Assembly (NCBI GenBank): GCA_036008365.1
Contig: DASYNV010000097.1
Location: forward strand, 1-29,958
Direction: 5' to 3'
DNA: 29,958 nucleotides
Source of the DNA: Steroidobacteraceae bacterium
GTDB lineage: Bacteria; Pseudomonadota; Gammaproteobacteria; Steroidobacterales; Steroidobacteraceae
A program made the position numbers and the translations under genes. Below are positions 25,266-29,958 of this stretch, piece by piece. Within the stretch, counting starts at the first letter, position 1. Each line of letters starts with the position of its first letter. The notes under the pieces were generated by a model. It had not been told where the DNA came from and did not search any database. It worked only from the letters and a program-made list of their open reading frames with translations.

Positions 25266-26906
25266 TCAGCTCACCTGCGCGGCATCGATGCTCACGAAAT
25301 GCTGCGGCAGTGCTTCGGGGCGACGCACGTCGAACTTCCAGGAGCCTGCCGACTCCACGCCGCCGGAACTGCGGAGAAAGTTGCGTGCGACCTCGTTGCG
25401 CGGGGTCTCGAGGCAGCGAAAGGCGACGCTTTGGGCGCCCGCGCGAGCCGCGACACCGACTATCCAGGCGAGGAATGCGTTTTCGACGGTACGCCCGATC
25501 ACCCGGCAGCTCAGCAGGAAGTTCTGCACGATCCACGCCGCGGGGCGGCGCCGGTCGACGAGCGCGAGGCCGGTGATGCCGCTATCGCCGAAGCGGTCCG
25601 CCACCCGCATCCCGAGAACGAGGTACGCCGGGTCGGCGAGCAATGCGCGGAACTCCTCGGCCGACAGCCGCTCGGCGGTGAGATTGAACTGATTGGTCTT
25701 CATCAGCAGCTGGTGCAACCGCGCCGCCTGCTCACCGGCGGCGCTGAATATCGTCAGCCGCAGCTCGAGGGAGCGGTAGAAATCTTCCGCCGAGGTTGCG
25801 CTCGCCCGGCTGGCGTTGCGCTGCGCCTCCTCGAGATAGGCATCGGCGCGCTTGCGATCCTCCTCGGTCTGGCGCAGCGTGTCGAAGCCCGGGTAGGCAG
25901 CGAGCGCGCCGACCAGCCGCACCGGATCGTCGGGAAAATCGAATATGTCGACCTCCGGCAGAAGGCGCGCGACTTCAGCGCGCTCGAGCGCGGAGTCGTC
26001 GACGAACAGCAGCGAGTCGAGGCCGAGACCGAGCGCCTGCGCCGTGCGGGTGATGGCTTGCGATTTTCGGTCCCAGCTGATCTCCAGGTGCGCGAAATCC
26101 GCGGGTCGCAGCAGGCAATCCGGATGAGACTCGAGCACCGCCAGCGCTTCGTCGCGGTTGTTCTTTGAGCATAGCGTCAGCAGGATGCCGCTGCGCCGCA
26201 ATTCCAGCAGAGCGCGCTGAAAACGCCGGTACGCAAGACCCGGTCCGGAATCGGACATCTGCAAGCCGTCGGCGCCGTCCTCGCCGAGAGTCCCGCCCCA
26301 GAGCGTATTGTCCAGATCCAGCACACATACCTTCTTCTGTGGACGTTCCAGACAGCGCAGCGCGCGCAGCCACAAAGCCGCCAGCGCACGGGTACCGGCC
26401 GGAGAGTAGTAGACCTGCGCCGTCGCTTCAAAGCGCGGGTCGTGCAGCGCGTCGATCCCGTGCTGCAGCACCAGGCCGAGCTGATCCACCACGTGAAACC
26501 AGGAATGCGTCTCGCGGAAGCTGAGCAGCCGCTCGTTGACGCTGGCCGCCAGCGCGTGCCGCTCGAGGTTGTTGGCAAGCGGCATGGCATGCAGCGGGTC
26601 GGCGAACAGGTTCGAGAACAGCACCGTCGGCGGCGCGGACAGCGAGCCCAGCCGCTCGAGCGTCGCATCGAGCTGCGCGAGGATGTCCGGCACGTTCTCG
26701 AGCACCCGTGGCGAGAGCACGAACGCCCAGGCGGCGGTCGCCTTGGCAAACAGGGCGCTGCGTGGATCGAGCGGCGCCACCAGCCAGCTATCGTAGCCGG
26801 CATCGATCACGTTCCAGGCGGACCCCGCCTGGCGCAGTTCGGCATTGAGATGGCGCGCGAGCAGGCTGAGTGTCTTGTCGCCGAGGAGGACAACGTCCCG
26901 GGTCAT
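25266..26906 (-). CDS. fkbH: FkbH-like HAD-IIIC glyceryl transferase/phosphatase with C-terminal GNAT-like domain
   Basis: HAD motif I KKVCVLDLDNTLWGG, CSKNN, ISWDRKS, LFVDDSALER; C-terminal KTNQFNLT, DRFGDSGITG and FLLSCRVIGR. Confidence 0.92.
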   Translation of the reverse strand: MTRDVVLLGDKTLSLLARHLNAELRQAGSAWNVIDAGYDSWLVAPLDPRSALFAKATAAWAFVLSPRVLENVPDILAQLDATLERLGSLSAPPTVLFSNLFADPLHAMPLANNLERHALAASVNERLLSFRETHSWFHVVDQLGLVLQHGIDALHDPRFEATAQVYYSPAGTRALAALWLRALRCLERPQKKVCVLDLDNTLWGGTLGEDGADGLQMSDSGPGLAYRRFQRALLELRRSGILLTLCSKNNRDEALAVLESHPDCLLRPADFAHLEISWDRKSQAITRTAQALGLGLDSLLFVDDSALERAEVARLLPEVDIFDFPDDPVRLVGALAAYPGFDTLRQTEEDRKRADAYLEEAQRNASRASATSAEDFYRSLELRLTIFSAAGEQAARLHQLLMKTNQFNLTAERLSAEEFRALLADPAYLVLGMRVADRFGDSGITGLALVDRRRPAAWIVQNFLLSCRVIGRTVENAFLAWIVGVAARAGAQSVAFRCLETPRNEVARNFLRSSGGVESAGSWKFDVRRPEALPQHFVSIDAAQVS

Positions 26907-27017
26907 TTGAAGTCGATCATCGCGTCAACTGCCAAAAGTGCAGCGGCTAGTTTAGCCCAGCGCCGCCGAGGCAAGCGGCGCCCGCGACTGTGCTGTAGTG
27001 CGCATATTTTACTTATA

Positions 27018-27030
27018 TATCAAAGTCTTG
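27018..27030 (+). promoter_or_regulatory. IHF binding site in the fkbH/GT2 divergent intergenic region
   Basis: TATCAAAGTCTTG is an exact WATCAAN4TTR match, preceded by the AT-rich tract atattttacttata. Confidence 0.65.
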
Positions 27031-27221
27031 AGTGCCACGGTGCCGACACACGAGGCTTCGAGCGTACAGGGCGGCGATCCCCTGGCGCGCCGGTAGTGTT
27101 GAACGCCGTCACAAATTTTGAATTTTCCCCGAGGTACACTACCGGCCAATAAGTCCTTCTGCTAGGTTGTGACTCAATTCCACCCTCACGGGGGGAGAAG
27201 AACAAAAAATAAAGACCTGCC

Positions 27222-28361
27222 ATGGCTTACAGTCTCTTATTGATCTCTTGCGGGCTGCTCGCGTACGTCTACGTTGTCTACCCGCTACTCGTCAGGATTC
27301 TGGCAATTCCTTTTGGAATACGCGTAGTGCGCGGCAGGGTATTCCCCCGAGTCACGATCATCGTGACCGCGTACAACGAGCAGGACTGCATTCGCGCCAA
27401 GCTCGATAATCTTTCCGGCCTGAACTATCCCGGCGATCTCGTCGACATCCTCGTAGCCTCCGACGGCTCGTCCGACGCAACCGAGGAGATCGCCGCCGCC
27501 TACGACCCCGCGCGCGTGCGGCTGCTGCGCGCCGAGGGCCGGCGCGGCAAGACGGCCTGTCAGAACGCGGCCGCAAGGGTTGCGACGGGCGAGATCCTGG
27601 TGTTCACCGATGCCACCACCCGGCTGCATCCGGACGCTCTCAGGGCTCTGGTAGAGAACTTTGCCGATCCGACCGTCGGCTGTGTCGGCGGCCATCTGCA
27701 CTACGTTACCGACGTCGACAACGTGAACGGCTGCGGCGGAGAAGCGTACTGGAGCTACGAGCTGCGTCTGCGCGCCAACGAGAGTGCGCTCGGATCCATG
27801 ATCGGGGTAAGCGGCTGTCTGTACGCGGTGCGCCGCAGCGCCTACCGGTCCATAGAGCCGCAGCTCATCAGCGACTTCGTCATTGCCATGAAGATGGCCG
27901 AGCAGGGTCTGCGAACGGTACTCGAGCCCGACGCCGTATGCTTCGAAGCAACGCTCGTCAACGGCGGCCACGAGCTGGCGATGCGCGTGCGCGTAGTGAT
28001 CCGCAGTCTCAACGCGCTGGTGCAGGAGCGAAGGTTCCTCAATCCGTTCACCTACGGGCGCTTCGCCTGGCAGCTCTGGTCTCACAAGGTGCTGCGCTAC
28101 GCCTCGCCGCTGCTGTGGCTGTGCACGCTCGGCGCCAACATCGCGCTCGCGTCCCAGACACCGTTTCTCATCCTGCTCGGGGCGCAAAGCGTGGTGATCG
28201 CCGCCGGCGCGGCGGGTTTTGTGCTGCAGGGGAGCGGTCGCGACCTCGGCATCCTCGGCCGGCCGTACTACCTGCTGCTCACCAACGCCGCATCGCTGAT
28301 CGCCACGCTGCGCTATCTGCGCGGTGAGCGCATGGTGATCTGGACACCGATGCGCCACTAG
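27222..28361 (+). CDS. Membrane-anchored GT2 glycosyltransferase (CESA-like), paralog of 4387-5544
   Basis: N-terminal TM; IIVTAYNE, VASDGSSD, GKTACQN, VFTDAT, ISDFVIA, MRVRVVIR and WQLWSHKVLRY motifs; C-terminal TMs. Confidence 0.93.
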   Translation: MAYSLLLISCGLLAYVYVVYPLLVRILAIPFGIRVVRGRVFPRVTIIVTAYNEQDCIRAKLDNLSGLNYPGDLVDILVASDGSSDATEEIAAAYDPARVRLLRAEGRRGKTACQNAAARVATGEILVFTDATTRLHPDALRALVENFADPTVGCVGGHLHYVTDVDNVNGCGGEAYWSYELRLRANESALGSMIGVSGCLYAVRRSAYRSIEPQLISDFVIAMKMAEQGLRTVLEPDAVCFEATLVNGGHELAMRVRVVIRSLNALVQERRFLNPFTYGRFAWQLWSHKVLRYASPLLWLCTLGANIALASQTPFLILLGAQSVVIAAGAAGFVLQGSGRDLGILGRPYYLLLTNAASLIATLRYLRGERMVIWTPMRH

Positions 28362-28474
28362 CGGAGCGCGTGCCGCCAGCCCGCTGCGACTCGTGGCTGC
28401 CTATCGCCCCCTTTAGCCCGCGTGTATCCTTCGCGCCTGGCGCGGCGCTCTCAGGGATTCCCACCGGGCATTAC

Positions 28475-29509
28475 ATGGGTTGGTTCAGAAGGACGCTGTT
28501 CCACGCCCTCAAACTCGTTGGTGGCTTCGCGGTGGCGCAGCATCTCACGCGCAAGCAACTGCGGATCCTGTGCTACCACGGCTTTTCGGTGACCGACGAG
28601 CACCTGCTCTCCCCTTACGTCTTCATGCGTCCGCAGACCTTCGAGCGTCGCATGCGCACGCTGCGCAAGCGCGCTGTGGCGGTGATATCGCTCGATGAGG
28701 CCGTTGCCAGACTGCGCCAAGGCAGGCTGGGCCAGGCCGAGACCGTCATCACCCTGGATGACGGTTGGGAATCGAATCTAAGCGTCATTCCCATACTCCG
28801 CAGCTACGGCTACCCGGCCTGCATCTACATCACCACCGAGCACCTGAGTGCCACCACCGAGGCCTTCAATGTTACGGTCGTTCACCTGGTGCACGCCTCG
28901 CGCAAGGAGCGCGTGGCACTGCGCAACCTGCATCCGCAGCTCGATGATGAATACCCGATTGCGGCCGACCCGCCCGCCGCCGCCGCCGCACTCATTGCAG
29001 CGGCCGGCAGGATTCGCTCGCTTGCGGAAAGGCAACGTCTGCTCGCGCCACTGGCACAAGCGCTCGGAATCGACTATGGGGAATTCATCCGCGGCGGACG
29101 CTTCCAGTTCCTGAGCGCGCCGCAGATCCGCGAGGTCGCCGGGCAGGGCATCGGCATTCAGCTGCACACTCATACTCACTGCCTCCCCGCGGAAACCTTC
29201 GATGCCATGGCCGACGAGATCCGCGAGAATCGCAGCGCCATCAGGGAACTGACCGGCATCGAGCCGCTGCACTTCTGCTACCCGAGCGGTGAGTATTCTG
29301 CGCACCATGCCGAATGGCTGTCGCGGCTGGGTATTGTTTCGGCGACCACCTGCGATCCCGGCTTCAACGATACGCACGTGCCGCTCCTGCTGCTCAAACG
29401 CTATCTCGATAGCGAATCCGTCTCCGACATCGAGTTCGAGGCGGAGATCGCCGGGGTCCGCGAGCTGCTGCGCCGCATGCGCCGCGGGTTGCGGGCGTTG
29501 CTCTCCTAG
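28475..29509 (+). CDS. CE4/NodB polysaccharide deacetylase
   Basis: ILCYHG, ITLDDGW (motif 1), QLHTHTH (motif 2) and HFCYPSG (motif 3). ATG 28475 is preferred over 28370. Confidence 0.9.
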   Translation: MGWFRRTLFHALKLVGGFAVAQHLTRKQLRILCYHGFSVTDEHLLSPYVFMRPQTFERRMRTLRKRAVAVISLDEAVARLRQGRLGQAETVITLDDGWESNLSVIPILRSYGYPACIYITTEHLSATTEAFNVTVVHLVHASRKERVALRNLHPQLDDEYPIAADPPAAAAALIAAAGRIRSLAERQRLLAPLAQALGIDYGEFIRGGRFQFLSAPQIREVAGQGIGIQLHTHTHCLPAETFDAMADEIRENRSAIRELTGIEPLHFCYPSGEYSAHHAEWLSRLGIVSATTCDPGFNDTHVPLLLLKRYLDSESVSDIEFEAEIAGVRELLRRMRRGLRALLS

Positions 29510-29619
29510 ATCGGCTGCCACACGGTATGAGGTGCAGCTCAGCCTCTTTGAGACTCCTGGCTTTCTCTTGCTCGAGAACCTTCTGCTCTATTACTCGCTC
29601 CGGTCGGGCCGGCGAGTGG

Positions 29620-29948
29620 CTGGTTGCGCCGACACCTATCCCGTAACCAGATTGCGCCAGCTCGCTGTGCGCTTCGGGCCTCAGCACCGATCTCGAGGCC
29701 ATGTATCTCGGCAAGGGTGTCATTGCCCCGAGCGGCCGAGCACGTCAGATCTGCTCACGTATCAAGCTCTGTTGGTGTCTCCCCACGATGTGGCGGCCCT
29801 CACAGAGGCATTCCGCGCGGCGTGGGAAGACGATGTGCAGCGTAACCGCATTGCAGAAGCGGAGCGCGTGTACGCAACTTCTCTGGGCGGGAAAGCGGAG
29901 CTCCTGCAACGCATCTTCAGGCAAGCGCTGAGTGCGTTGTCTGACTGA
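29620..29948 (+). pseudogene. Degraded C-terminal remnant of a GT4-like glycosyltransferase
   Basis: A GT-B tail split across frames: SLCASGLSTDLEAMYLGKGVIA (frame of 29701, preceded by TAA at 29644) shifts at the C4 run 29726-29729 into PSTSDLLTYQALLVSPHDVAALTEAFRAAWEDD...YATSLGG.AELLQRI (frame of ORF 29289-29948). There is no room for an N-terminal domain after 29509. Confidence 0.55.
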
Positions 29949-29958
29949 TTGCGTTCCG

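Noticed and set aside
20280-26906. A complete aryl-polyene or PKS biosynthetic cluster
   Set aside because: No ketosynthase, ketoreductase, dehydratase or NRPS module is present, and the chorismatase triad and FkbH operon are convergent, separate units.
27089-27100. ops/JUMPstart-like element (gccggtagtgtt) upstream of the GT2
   Set aside because: Two mismatches to GGCGGTAGnnTG and no JUMPstart hairpin context.
1-29958. Mobile elements, rRNA/tRNA genes, defence systems
   Set aside because: No transposase, integrase, terminal inverted repeats, tRNA cloverleaf, rRNA-like tract or recognisable defence gene was seen by eye; tRNAscan/Infernal/ISEScan were not run.

Overview
GC-rich bacterial DNA. 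A Steroidobacteraceae-like gammaproteobacterium is suggested by gene style and the FN3 lipoprotein (inference only). The window is dominated by an exosortase A / PEP-CTERM exopolysaccharide locus (1-14409). Its minus-strand arm runs FN3 lipoprotein, xrtA, wza-like exporter, chain-length determinant, tyrosine kinase, OM beta-barrel, GT2, CapK/PaaK-like adenylating enzyme, GT2, an inverted LbH acetyltransferase, GT4 and a partial O-antigen ligase/polymerase-like gene. Its plus-strand arm has a very small PEP-CTERM protein and a CE4 deacetylase. The two arms diverge from a ~590 bp control region with two outward-facing sigma-54 promoters, a perfect IHF site, a central dyad and a CRP-like site. 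The middle (14410-22996) holds a CpxRA-like two-component system, a NitT/TauT-type ABC pair without a binding protein, an 11-mer-repeat secreted protein, and a Hyg5/XanB2-type chorismatase-MipA-GT2 triad. The right end holds a tightly packed FkbH-ACP-deacetylase-like-putative acyltransferase operon with no PKS/NRPS or MBOAT, divergent from a second GT2, a CE4 deacetylase and a frameshifted GT4 remnant. The best candidate for an undescribed system is that FkbH/ACP cassette, hypothesised to glyceroylate a surface glycan. No rRNA, tRNA, CRISPR array, transposase or integrase was recognised. All family calls come from reading motifs by eye; no database search was run.
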